Positions 13,401-22,882 of a stretch of DNA of 64,000 bases are shown here, piece by piece (position 1 is the stretch's first letter; each line of letters starts with the position of its first letter). The notes beneath the pieces are model-generated. The model did not search any database and was not told where the DNA came from. It saw only the letters and a list, made by a program, of their open reading frames with translations. A program made the translations under genes and the position numbers. Location: NCBI GenBank assembly GCA_048772705.1, contig JBLWGC010000230.1:124001-188000 (forward strand), read 5' to 3'. The DNA is from Leidyana gryllorum EB-2025a (lineage: Eukaryota; Protista; Apicomplexa).

Positions 13401-16400
13401 GGAGACAACTACCACCACTGAAGAAACTACAACTACTACAGAACCCGAGACCACGACAGAAGCGGAAACAACCACTGCTGCTCCTGAGGAGACAACTACC
13501 ACCACTGAAGAAACTACAACCACTACGGAACCCGAGACCACGACAGAAGCGGAAACGACCACTGCTGCTCCTGAGGAGACAACTACCACCACTGAAGAAA
13601 CTACAACCACTACAGAACCCGAGACTACGACAGAAGCGGAAACGACCACTGCTGCTCCCGAGGAGACAACTACCACCACTGAAGAAACCACAACCACGAC
13701 AGAACCGGAAACGACCACTGCTGCTCCTGAGGAGACAACTACCACCACTGAAGGAACTACAACCACTACAGAACCCGAGACCACGTCAGAACCGGAAACG
13801 ACCACTGCTGCTCCTGAGGAGACAACTACCACCACTGAAGAAACCACAACCACGACAGAACCCGAGACCACGACAGAAGCGGAAACAACCACTGCTGCTC
13901 CTGAGGAGACAACTACCACCACCGAAGAAATAACAACCACAACGGAACCCGAGACCACGACAGAAGCGGAAACGACCACTGCTGCTCCCGAGGAGACAAC
14001 TACCACCACTGAAGAAACTACAACCACTACAGAACCCGAGACTACGACAGAAGCGGAAACAACCACTGCTGCTCCTGAGGAGACAACTACCACCACTGAA
14101 GAAACTACAACCACTACCAAACCGGACACCACGACAGAAGCGGAAACAACCACTGCTGCTCCGGAGGAGACAACTACCACCACTGAAGAAACCACAACCA
14201 CGACAGAACCCGAGACCACGACAGAAGCGGAAACAACCACTGCTGCTCCTGAGGAGACAACTACCACCACCGAAGAAATAACAACCACAACGGAACCCGA
14301 GACCACGGCAGAAGCGGAAACGACCACTGCTGCTCCTGAGGAGACAACTACCACCACTGAAGAAACTACAACCACTACAGAACCCGAGACTACGACAGAA
14401 GCGGAAACGACCACTGCTGCTCCTGAGCAGACAACTACCACCACTGAAGAAACAACAACCACTACCGAACGGGAGACCACGACAGAAGCGGAAACAACCA
14501 CTGCTGCTCCCGAGGAGACAACTACCACCACTGAAGAAACTACAACCACTTCAGAACCGGAGACTACGACAGAAGCGGAAACAACCACTGCTGCTCCTGA
14601 GGAGACGACTACCACCACTGAAGAAACTACAACTACTACAGAACCCGAGACCACGACAGAAGCGGAAACAACCACTGCTGCTCCTGAGGAGACAACTACC
14701 ACCACTGAAGAAACTACAACCACTACGGAACCCGAGACCACGACAGAAGCGGAAACGACCACTGCTGCTCCTGAGGAGACAACTACCACCACTGAAGAAA
14801 CTACAACCACTACAGAACCCGAGACTACGACAGAAGCGGAAACAACCACTGCTGCTCCTGAGGAGACAACTACCACCACTGAAGAAACTACAACCACTAC
14901 AGAACCCGAGACCACGACAGAAGCGGAAACAACCACTGCTGCTCCTGAGGAGACAACTACCACCACTGAAGAAACTACAACCACTACAGAACCCGAGACC
15001 ACGACAGAAGCGGAAACAACCACTGCTGCTCCTGAGGAGACAACTACCACCACTGAAGAAACTACAACCACTACGGAACCCGAGACCACGACAGAAGCGG
15101 GAACGACCACTGCTCCTGAGGAGACAACTACCACCACTGAAGAAACTACAACCACTACAGAACCCGAGACTACGACAGAAGCGGAAACAACCACTGCTGC
15201 TCCTGAGGAGACAACTACCACCACTGAAGAAACTACAACTACTACAGAACCCGAGACCACGACAGAAGCGGAAACAACCACTGCTGCTCCTGAGGAGACA
15301 ACTACCACCACTGAAGAAACTACAACCACTACGGAACCGGAGACTACGACAGAAGCGGAAACGACCACTGCTGCTCCTGAGGAGACAACTACCACCACTG
15401 AAGAAACAACAACCACTACCGAACCGGAGACCACGACAGCAGCGGAAACAACCACTGCTGCTCCTGAGGAGACAACTACCACCACTGAAGAAACTACAAC
15501 CACTACGGAACCGGAGACTACCACAGAAGCGGAAACGACCACAGCTGCTCCTGAAGAAACAACTACAACCACTGAAGAGACTACAACCACTACTGAACCA
15601 GAGACTACGACAGAAGCGGAGACAACCACTGCTGCTTCAGAGGAGACAACCACCACCACTGAGGAGACTACCACCACCACAGAACCGGAGGCTACGACAG
15701 AAGCGGAAACGACCACTGCTGCTCCTGAGGAGACAACTACCACCACTGAAGAGACTACGACCACTACTGAACCAGAGACTACTACAGAAGCGGAGACGAC
15801 AACTGCTGCTCCAGAGGAGACAACTACCACCACTGAAGAGACTACCACCACTACTGAACCAGAGACTACTACAGAAGCGGAGACGACCACTGCTGCTCCA
15901 GAGGCGACAACCACCAGCACTGAGGAAACTACCACCACTACCGAGCCCGAAACTACGACAGAAGCGGAGACGACCACTGCTGCTCCAGAAGAGACGACCA
16001 CCACCACTGAAGAAACTACAACCACTACAGAACCAGAGACTACGACAGAAGCGGAAACAACCACTGCTGCTCCTGAGGAGACAACCACCACCTCAGAAGA
16101 AACTACAACCACTACAGAACCGGAGACTACCACAGAAGCGGAAACGACCACTGCTGCTCCTGAGGAGACAACTACCACCACTACCGAGCCCGAGACCACT
16201 ACAGAAGCAGAAACGACCACTGCTGCTCCTGAGGAGACAACTACCACCACCGAAGAAACTACAACAACTACAGAACCGGAGACTACGACAGAAGCGGAAA
16301 CGACCACTGCTGCTCCTGAGGAGACATCTACCCCCACCGAAGAGACTACAACCACTACAGAACCGGAGACTACGACAGAAGCGGAAACGACCACTGCTGC

Positions 16401-18174
16401 TCCTGAGGAGACAACTACCACCACCGAAGAAACTACAACCACTACAGAACCGGAGACTACGACAGAAGCGGAAACGACCACTGCTGCTCCTGAGGAGACA
16501 ACTACCACCACTACCGAGCCCGAGACCACTACAGAAGCAGAAACGACCACTGCTGCTCCTGAGGAGACAACTACCACCACCGAAGAAACTACAACAACTA
16601 CAGAACCGGAGACTACGACAGAAGCGGAAACGACCACTGCTGCTCCTGAGGAGACAACTACCCCCACCGAAGAGACTACAACCACTACAGAACCGGAGAC
16701 TACGACAGAAGCGGAAACGACCACTGCTGCTCCTGAGGAGACAACTACCACCACCGAAGAAACTACAACCACTACAGAACCGGAGACTACGACAGAAGCG
16801 GAAACGACCACTGCTCCAGAGGAGACAACTACCACCACTGAAGAGACCACAACCACTACAGAACCCGAGACGACGACAGAAGCGGAAACAACCACTGCTG
16901 CTCCTGAGGAGACCACCACAGAGGCCGAGACAACCACAACATTCCAAGCTGACACCACCACCACCGAACCTGAGGCCACTACCGAAGTTGAGACGACTAC
17001 TGCACCCGAAGAGACCACCACCACACAAGCTGAGACAACCACCGTCACCGAAGAGAGTACTACTGAGCCAACGACCACCACTGAAGAGACAACAGTGCCC
17101 GAAACCACAACAGAGCCCGGCTTGACCACCCAATCCGAAACTACGCACACCACTGGTTACCCAACTCCAGGGCCACCAACCGAGCCTCAAACTACCGAAC
17201 CCGAGACAACTGAGCCAGCAACAACTGAATATCCAACTACGGAACCCGAAACTACTCAGCCTGAGACCACTGTACCGACTGTGCCGACTGTACCTCCAAC
17301 TCGACCGCCGACCACCACGACGACACGTCGACCACATCCTCCGCCCCACCCACCGATCCACCCAGGTCATCCTTGGTGGAAACCGCACCATCATAAGCAT
17401 GACAAACACCCATCTCCTGGACCAAAGCCACCTCCGATCAAACCTCCCCCCCCACCTCCGCACCCGCATCCACCTCCGCACCCGCACCCCCATCCTCATC
17501 CCCATCCCCATCCTCATTCCCATTCAAAGACACACGACCACCATACCAAAAACGGACATACTCACAAGGACCCCTTCCCAGCGCACGAACACACACATCA
17601 TTACAGCAACCATCATCCAGTTGTAGACTCCCATGCCAAGCTTCCCCACCACTCCATGTCACATGGTTTCAAAGGACCGGCAGATTACAAATCATTAACA
17701 CACGACCTGTTCAAAGATCCCTTATCACACACTAAGCATATTTCATCACATGATGATTACCATCGATTGTTACCCACACTATTCGGACCTGCAGAACAAC
17801 TTCCTGGGTTGCTTGGGGGTCTTTTCTCAGAAGGCAAGATAGCCCCTGACACTTCAATTGGATCACAAGCCTTACGATCACCTGCGGACTATGCCTCTCT
17901 CCTCTCAGAAGGCAAGAAAGCCCCTGACACTTCAATTGGAACACAAGCCTCACGATCACCTGCGGACTATGCCTCTCTCCTCTCTCTACCCAATAATTCA
18001 CGCTTGAAGACTCCGTTGAAGAGAGTGTTTGGCGACAGATCCGAGGAGGCGAACCCGGTGGCCGGAGATATGCCGATAACGGCAGACGCACCCTCAACTG
18101 CTGACACAACAGATGGCACTTCACAGGTGGACACCTGGAACAGGTTGAGTCGTTTCTACGATCAGTACGTTTGA
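7402..18174 (+). CDS. Giant secreted mucin-like protein (3590 aa): signal peptide, Cys-rich region with PAN/apple-like module, Thr/Glu repeat stalk, Pro/His-rich C-terminus
   Basis: Single ORF; AECQTLCQQEPDCLGFFY..KQCGLK..HIAGPKYC matches the PAN/apple pattern; no C-terminal transmembrane segment visible. Confidence 0.9.
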   Translation: MKLLWAAAATAASTCAQSICYAPAPYRINNCVPCEQRVSWNENLCQVGFYQLPCAATVDECCTAPTNNNQISDQAECLAGSETGLDPAPRCEYAVSRNTEYTNEECVDLCEQWNALSPNVPQDLQDDFNEHCYEQRGPGDCFDRWIYGYGDGQLASIDDVYYTTDTAAECQTLCQQEPDCLGFFYRVDKKQCGLKNISMVTDAIQQPTENGAVIDTDICNYNQEYACDYLYKCAECDGVRRCVWESTAHIAGPKYCGQDLDVCDPIPPWFTSTTQCPTEPPTTAAPQTTVVETTTTTEETTTTTEEPTTSTEETTTTTEETTTTTEETTTTTEEPTTSTEETTTTTEETTTTTEETTTTTEETTTTTEPETTTEVETTTAAPEETTTTTQETTTTTEPETTTEAETTTAAPEETTTTTEETTTTTEPETTTEAETTTAAPEETTTTTEETTTTTEPETTTEAETTTAAPEETTTTTEETTTTTEPETTTEAETTTAAPEETTTTTEETTTTTEPETTTEAETTTAAPEETTTTTEETTTTTEPETTTEAETTTAAPEETTTTTEETTTTTEPETTTEAETTTAAPEETTTTTEETTTTTEPETTTEAETTTAAPEETTTTTEETTTTTEPETTTEAETTTAAPEETTTTTEETTTTTEPETTTEAETTTAAPEETTTTTEETTTTTEPETTTEVETTTAAPEETTTTTEETTTTTEPETTTEAETTTAAPEETTTTTEETTTTTEPETTTEAETTTAAPEETTTTTEETTTTTEPETTTEAETTTAAPEETTTTTEETTTTTEPETTTEGETTTAAPEETTTTTEETTTTTEPETTTEAETTTAAPEETTTTTEETTTTTEPETTTEAETTTAAPEETTTTTEETTTTTEPETTTEAETTTAAPEETTTTTEETTTTTEPETTTEAETTTAAPEETTTTTEETTTTTEPETTTEVETTTAAPEETTTTTEETTTTTEPETTTEAETTTAAPEETTTTTEETTTTTEPETTTEAETTTAAAEETTTTTEATTTTTEPETTTEAETTTAAPEETTTTTEETTTTTEPETTTEAETTTAAPEETTTTTEETTTTTEPETTTEGETTTAAPEETTTTTEETTTTTEPETTTEAETTTAAPEETTTTTEETTTTTEPETTTEAETTTAAPEETTTTTEETTTTTEPETTTEAETTTAAPEETTTTTEETTTTTEPETTTEAETTTAAPEETTTTTEETTTTTEPETTTEAETTTAAPEETTTTTEETTTTTEPETTTEAETTTAAPEETTTTTEETTTTTEPETTTEAETTTAAPEETTTTTEETTTTTEPETTTEAETTTAAPEETTTTTEETTTTTEPETTTEAETTTAAPEETTTTTEETTTTTEPETTTEAETTTAAPEETTTTTEETTTTTEPETTTEAETTTAAPEETTTTTEETTTTTEPETTTEAETTTAAPEETTTTTEETTTTTEPETTTEAETTTAAPEETTTTTEETTTTTEPETTTEAETTTAAPEETTTTTEETTTTTEPETTTEAETTTAAAEETTTTTEETTTTTEPETTTEAETTTAAPEETTTTTEETTTTTEPETTTEAETTTAAPEETTTTTEETTTTTEPETTTEAETTTAAPEETTTTTEETTTTTEPETTTEAETTTAAPEETTTTTEETTTTTEPETTTEAETSTAAPEETTTTTEETTTTTEPETTTEAETTTAASEETTTTTEETTTTTEPETTTEAETTTAAPEETTTTTEETTTTTEPETTTEAETTTAAPEETTTTTEETTTTTEPETTTEAETTTAAPEETTTTTEETTTTTEPETTTEAETTTAAPEETTTTTEETTTTTEPETTTEAETTTAAPEETTTTTEETTTTTEPESTTEAETTTAAPEETTTTTEPETTTEAETTTAAPEETTTTTEETTTTTEPETTTEAETTTAAPEETTTTTEETTTTTEPETTTEAETTTAAPEETTTTTEETTTTTEPETTTEAETTTAAPEETTTTTEETTTTTEPETTTEAETTTAAPEETTTTTEETTTTTEPETTTEAETTTAAPEETTTTTEETTTTTEPETTTEAETTTAAPEETTTTTEETTTTTEPETTTAAPEETTTTTEGTTTTTEPETTSEPETTTAAPEETTTTTEETTTTTEPETTTEAETTTAAPEETTTTTEEITTTTEPETTTEAETTTAAPEETTTTTEETTTTTEPETTTEAETTTAAPEETTTTTEETTTTTKPDTTTEAETTTAAPEETTTTTEETTTTTEPETTTEAETTTAAPEETTTTTEEITTTTEPETTAEAETTTAAPEETTTTTEETTTTTEPETTTEAETTTAAPEQTTTTTEETTTTTERETTTEAETTTAAPEETTTTTEETTTTSEPETTTEAETTTAAPEETTTTTEETTTTTEPETTTEAETTTAAPEETTTTTEETTTTTEPETTTEAETTTAAPEETTTTTEETTTTTEPETTTEAETTTAAPEETTTTTEETTTTTEPETTTEAETTTAAPEETTTTTEETTTTTEPETTTEAETTTAAPEETTTTTEETTTTTEPETTTEAGTTTAPEETTTTTEETTTTTEPETTTEAETTTAAPEETTTTTEETTTTTEPETTTEAETTTAAPEETTTTTEETTTTTEPETTTEAETTTAAPEETTTTTEETTTTTEPETTTAAETTTAAPEETTTTTEETTTTTEPETTTEAETTTAAPEETTTTTEETTTTTEPETTTEAETTTAASEETTTTTEETTTTTEPEATTEAETTTAAPEETTTTTEETTTTTEPETTTEAETTTAAPEETTTTTEETTTTTEPETTTEAETTTAAPEATTTSTEETTTTTEPETTTEAETTTAAPEETTTTTEETTTTTEPETTTEAETTTAAPEETTTTSEETTTTTEPETTTEAETTTAAPEETTTTTTEPETTTEAETTTAAPEETTTTTEETTTTTEPETTTEAETTTAAPEETSTPTEETTTTTEPETTTEAETTTAAPEETTTTTEETTTTTEPETTTEAETTTAAPEETTTTTTEPETTTEAETTTAAPEETTTTTEETTTTTEPETTTEAETTTAAPEETTTPTEETTTTTEPETTTEAETTTAAPEETTTTTEETTTTTEPETTTEAETTTAPEETTTTTEETTTTTEPETTTEAETTTAAPEETTTEAETTTTFQADTTTTEPEATTEVETTTAPEETTTTQAETTTVTEESTTEPTTTTEETTVPETTTEPGLTTQSETTHTTGYPTPGPPTEPQTTEPETTEPATTEYPTTEPETTQPETTVPTVPTVPPTRPPTTTTTRRPHPPPHPPIHPGHPWWKPHHHKHDKHPSPGPKPPPIKPPPPPPHPHPPPHPHPHPHPHPHPHSHSKTHDHHTKNGHTHKDPFPAHEHTHHYSNHHPVVDSHAKLPHHSMSHGFKGPADYKSLTHDLFKDPLSHTKHISSHDDYHRLLPTLFGPAEQLPGLLGGLFSEGKIAPDTSIGSQALRSPADYASLLSEGKKAPDTSIGTQASRSPADYASLLSLPNNSRLKTPLKRVFGDRSEEANPVAGDMPITADAPSTADTTDGTSQVDTWNRLSRFYDQYV
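8460..16915 (+). repeat. Coding tandem repeat, 87-nt unit (29 aa EETTTTTEETTTTTEPETTTEAETTTAAP), roughly 97 copies
   Basis: Directly visible; copy number estimated as span/87; occasional shortened units. Confidence 0.95.
17824..17985 (+). repeat. Two copies of a 78-nt coding unit (SEGKxAPDTSIGxQAxRSPADYASLL)
   Basis: Direct duplication visible in both DNA and protein. Confidence 0.9.
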
Positions 18175-18271
18175 ACTCCCTTGCACGCGAGGGCATTTTT
18201 TACAAGAACTTGAGTTACCGCCGATACATCTTGCATTGAGCAGTTCATGTGGGCTTTAAAAAAGTGGGTGT

Positions 18272-18733
18272 TCAGAAATAGAATCCGCCATAGATGCCGG
18301 GGTAGCCATACCCGTAAGCGGGGTAGCCGTAGGGGTAGACGGGGTAGCCATAGCCATAGCCGCCATAGCCGCCATAGCCCCAGCCGCCGTAGCCGCCACG
18401 GTGCTTGTGGCCGAGCTTGCGAGCCTCAGGGAGCTCGGGGAGCTCGAGTCCAGCTTCGGTAGTCTCAGCTTCCTGTTCAGCCTCAGTGGTCTCGGCTTCC
18501 TCCTCCTGCTGACGACGGACCTCAGGCTCGGTGGTTTCGACTTCGGTGGTCTCAACTTCCTCCTCCTGCTGACGACGGATGGGAGCCTCAGTAGTCTCAG
18601 CCTCGGCCTCGGTGGTCTCGGCCTCAACCTCCTGCTTGTGTGACTTCTTCAAACCGAGGGAGCGGGGCTTGGGAGGCTTAGCGGTAGCGGTGGCCGCGAG
18701 AGCAGCGATGGCAATCAATTGGGTGATCTTCAT
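18272..18733 (-). CDS. Secreted precursor-like protein with acidic spacers and a Gly/Tyr/Pro-rich C-terminal peptide
   Basis: MKITQLIAIAALAATATA signal; RSL, two RRQQEEE units, RKL, then GGYGGWGYGGYGGYGYGYPVYPYGYPAY.. Confidence 0.85.
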   Translation of the reverse strand: MKITQLIAIAALAATATAKPPKPRSLGLKKSHKQEVEAETTEAEAETTEAPIRRQQEEEVETTEVETTEPEVRRQQEEEAETTEAEQEAETTEAGLELPELPEARKLGHKHRGGYGGWGYGGYGGYGYGYPVYPYGYPAYGYGYPGIYGGFYF

Positions 18734-18872
18734 GGTGTATAATGGGAGCTTGAAGAAAAGTCAGATGAGCAGTTGTCGTATATAATTCCGACAGATGCAT
18801 GCGCCCCCTCGTCCACGGGCGGAGCCGAGTGACGTGTCACCCCTCAGTGTCCCGAACCGTGTGGGGTGCACG

Positions 18873-19457
18873 TTAGAGCTGTATGAGATCTTGAAGGTGA
18901 AAGCGTTGGAGAAACTGCCTAGTGGAGAGGTGCAAACGGGTTGATGGCGGCATTCGCAGATTTGACCTGATGGCGTCGACAACGACCGGGTTGTTGAGGA
19001 GGTGGTGGGAGGATCTTTCGGCCAGACACTTTTGTAGGAGGTGTAGTTGCCAAACTTCGTCTGCTTCATGGAGGGGGCTCGGTTCTTCGTCGAGCAAGAC
19101 GGAATTGCTGTGGAAGACGGAATTGCTGTGGGAGACGGTTGTCAAAGCGTCTACCAGAGCTGACCGGAACTTCTGAAAAGCCAGTTGAGTGTTACAACTC
19201 ATGCCTTGGAGCCATAGGAGCTCATGTAGGCGAGGTAGGAGTTGTAGGAGTCCATAAAAGTCAGTCTGTGTGAGGGTTGGTCGCTTGACGATGTCGGATA
19301 GGTGAAGGAATACGACTTCAGCATCGCGATCTTCAAGATCATCATAAGGGGACTGTAGAGACAGGGCTTCTAGGGTGTTTAAGATATTATCGAACGGATG
19401 ACTGCAGGTTAGCTGGTTGGCCACGTCTCGCCATGTGGCCGTTAACTTCAAGCTCAT
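18873..19457 (-). CDS. Hypothetical protein (194 aa)
   Basis: Intact ORF; internal 18-nt duplication (HSNSV-F-HSNSV) near 19096-19131. Confidence 0.6.
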   Translation of the reverse strand: MSLKLTATWRDVANQLTCSHPFDNILNTLEALSLQSPYDDLEDRDAEVVFLHLSDIVKRPTLTQTDFYGLLQLLPRLHELLWLQGMSCNTQLAFQKFRSALVDALTTVSHSNSVFHSNSVLLDEEPSPLHEADEVWQLHLLQKCLAERSSHHLLNNPVVVDAIRSNLRMPPSTRLHLSTRQFLQRFHLQDLIQL

Positions 19458-19526
19458 AGTACTTCACACCGCGTGCATAGTGAGCACATTTTCATCATTC
19501 TAGGGTATGGTTTGAGAAGGGCTTGG

Positions 19527-21906
19527 ATGAGTGTTAGCCTTTTGCTCAAAATTCTAGAGTACAGAAGAATGGTAGTTACATGGGATCCGTACAATCGCAA
19601 TACATGTTTGGGCTTTCTGCGGCATCATCTGACACCTGTGCTTCGTTATCTGGGTGATCTTCACCAAGAGCCTGAGGATGGGTCTTTATGGTTGGTGCTC
19701 TTAATGGCTGGGGTTTTGACATACCTGCGACTATTGCGAGCTCTGACATGTCTGGCTATCGCAGGAGGAGTGCTGCTCTTAGTGGTCTTTGATCGTGGTC
19801 GATTGCTATTGTTTCGATTGCGGGCACTGGATGATAGCATGAAAACCTTTGTGCAGAGCAGCAGTGCAGAGGTGTTGAAAACGCCCAGTAATATGCTACC
19901 CGATAAGTCGCAGAGCTCGTGGGCCCAGCGGGCTTTCTGTGGATTATGCTACCTGCTTTATTTGCGTCATAGTTTGAGAGGCACTCAGTTTCTGCAATGG
20001 GGCTTCCATAGAACTCGCGATGCACTCAATTCCTTTCTGCTGTATATCCAAAGGCATCCGCCCGTGTTTCCCATAGACGCCCATGACTTTGTCTTCCTTC
20101 AAGACACTAATCGCAACCCATGTCAAGTAGCTGTAGCGGTGCAGTTCTACGAACCCATAAGTCTGGAAGAGCTGCGGGATCTCCTTTACCATCGATGGGT
20201 GGTTCACGAGCCGAAGCTACGATCTGTGCTCTCATACAAATGGAACACACCTTGTTGGAAACCGCTGCCGCTGGACATATGTCATTTACTGATGAGCGAA
20301 CTGGTCGTTGTGGATAAGACGGGTGATGGGTCGGTGGAAAGGGCCTTGAACGACATTGTGAGCACCCGTCTGCCACGAGCCCTGCCGCTCTGGAGAGCCG
20401 TATTGCTGCAAGATGAGCCCGTCGTCGACGACCCGGAAGATTATATCGCAGAGGACAGCACTTCGGGGCGAACGGTGCTATTCCAGTTCCATCATGGCGT
20501 TGCTGATGGCGGGGCCATGGTCGCATCCTTAGAAAGGCATCTGTTGGACTCCCACGCTGAAGTCAAAGCAACATGGTGGGATCAGGTAGTCGCTGTGGGA
20601 ACTTATATGTTCTCTGCTGTCCGTTCACTCTATTATCTGCCTGGATACGCTTTCTTCTGGGTCTTCTGGGCCCCTGCACCCCCCGCTCTGTTCCCAGAAC
20701 CCACCACAGGCAAATTAGTCGACCGTCCGCGCCTGACCGGACGGAAACAAGTCATATTGGACACATTGGATCTATCGCAGGCAAAGCAAACTTGCAGAAG
20801 ACTCTCTGCTATCATTCGAACTGAACAAAGAGTGACCATCAATGATTTACTCTGTACTTTACTAATGGGAACTCTCGAGAAAATGAGAGGTCCTACCACC
20901 CCCACCTCATCCAGTCTCAGACCTGAAGAATACACGCACTATGAGCGCCCCTCCATCGCATCCATGTTGTCCTCCTTCACCCCGTACCGACATTCGTATG
21001 CCAGCGCGTTCGGGGATTACTGCCAGATCCTCGTGCCCTATGCCGCTCGATGCAGCTTGCCCACCAAACTGGACAACTTTATCAGCTTTGGTTTCACTCG
21101 ACTGCCTCTCAAAGGTACCACTGATGACCCGATCTCCCACTTGAGGGCCGTCAAGTATGAGCTCGACTGGCTAAAGGCCAAAGAGGCTCGCTTCATGATC
21201 TTCAGTTGCATTGCAGCCGTATATGCCGCCTTGCCCGAATGGATAACACGGATATTCAGCAGCCGAATGTGCAGTCCAACACAGGTGAGTCGTGCTGGGA
21301 GTGTGTGTGTATGTGTGTCTCCATGATTGGTGGACCCAGGTTTGCCTGTCGAATGTCAAGGGCCCAGAAAAATTGGGCAGTATCGGCGGGAGGCGTCTCA
21401 GAGATGTGCGTGCAGTGGCATCGGTTCGCAATGAAACACAGACGACGGTTCTGGCCTTGAGTGTTGAACAATCATTACATATCGCCTTCTTAATTGACAA
21501 AGCCGAATTCGATGGTGTGCCAAATGCACGTGAACGTGTGTTGGGGAGTTTCAAAGCGACATACGAACGGTTGCTGTACTCGTTGGATTGCTACGAAAAC
21601 GGTCTACGAACGGGACAAAAGCATGGTACGCCAACTACGAGTGGAGAATTAAGCGAAAGAATACCCTCAACACGCGTCTACAGTTCTGCTTCTGCCAGCG
21701 CCACCCCGAAGGTTTCAACCACTCAGTCGAGGTATGCTGTGTCTTGGCTGGTGGCTAAGCGTACTTCACAGCCGACACGGCTCTTGTTACGGGACCGGAA
21801 GCTCAAAGTGACTGTAGTGAACACTCCGACATACGGAATGCCCAAGGCAGTGTGCACATTGATCGGCCGGAAGCATCGAAGATCAAGATCTGATTTCGAG
21901 CGATAG
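19527..21906 (+). CDS. Wax ester synthase/diacylglycerol acyltransferase (WS/DGAT) family
   Basis: Catalytic HHxxxDG (FHHGVADG), LPRALPLWR, VTINDLL, SNVKGP after intron 21285-21339; N-terminal TM segments; start at 19527 or 19569. Confidence 0.88.
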
Positions 21907-21935
21907 ATAGTTAGAGAAAAAAAAGGGAGATATGG

Positions 21936-22871
21936 ATGCGGGGTGAGGTGAGTTTTTCGCCCCCCGGAAGCTGGAACTGGGCGGCGGGGTGTCTCGGGTC
22001 CCTACAAGCCCGCGCTTTGAGCGACCGGAAAAGCTCTTTCTCCGACAATGCGTTGGCGTTGACGGCGCTGGTTGCGGAGAAACCAAATTTGCGGGCACGG
22101 GATCAGCGAGTTCACAGCCGACATGCACGGGAAGGCCGTACGATCAATTTCATCATCACCGGGATGGTTGCGTTGGCAGTGACAGTTACTCTGGCATTCG
22201 CGGTTGCGTGCGGGCTGTTCTGTGGGATCCTCATCTGGCGTCCGGTAATTCAGATTGCATCAAAGGTAATTCTAATGTTTCGGCGTGGACTGTAAACGTA
22301 GTGTGTACTGTCACTATTCTCTCAGTCGGTATCGGGCCCGGTGGTGGGTAGTCGTGTTATTTTCGAGCGCTACTCCAACGGCACTGAGGTTCTGACGGGT
22401 ACTGTTGTAGCAGAAGTAAGGTTGCGGAACCCGAGTTACTTTCCCATCCAGTTGTTGTGGGGAGACCCAAGCTCCGGAAGCCAGGGTGTTCTCTACTTGG
22501 CGAATTGGGGGAATAGTGATGTGGGCGCGATGCGTCCTATTGCTACAATGACTAGTCTGACGGATCTGCAGCAGACTTTACCGGCGGGGGAGTCGGCAGC
22601 AACGTTTGCCTTTATGGGCACCCTGAACGTTATGGAACCTGACGCCTTCCAACAAGCCGATGCGGATGTGGATGTGGAGGAGCGCCCTTCCTTAGACAGT
22701 GAGCAGTACAGTGTGCTGTGGCAATGTGAGCAAGGTCTGCTCCTGGTGGATATGGTGGTGCCGGTTGTATATTGGTATACAATGGCGGGGTTGGCTGGAC
22801 TGCAACTATTCCGCAATCTGCCGTTGGCTGTCCCATGTGTCGTGGTCGAGATTACAACAGGAAGTTTTTGA
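21936..22871 (+). CDS. Type II membrane protein, possibly LEA_2-like domain
   Basis: One TM helix (FIITGMVALAV..GILIW), intron about 22266-22325, then VRLRNPSYFPI resembling the LEA_2 NPN motif; 5' end uncertain. Confidence 0.5.
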
Positions 22872-22882
22872 ACCTTGAAAAA

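Noticed and set aside
8460-16915. Regular repeat array as CRISPR or satellite
   Set aside because: No unique spacers; variation is mainly synonymous within a coding frame; eukaryotic context
8568-17153. 2861-aa Val/Ser-rich antisense ORF
   Set aside because: Shadow of the Thr/Glu codon repeat, which has no antisense stops; no independent coding signal
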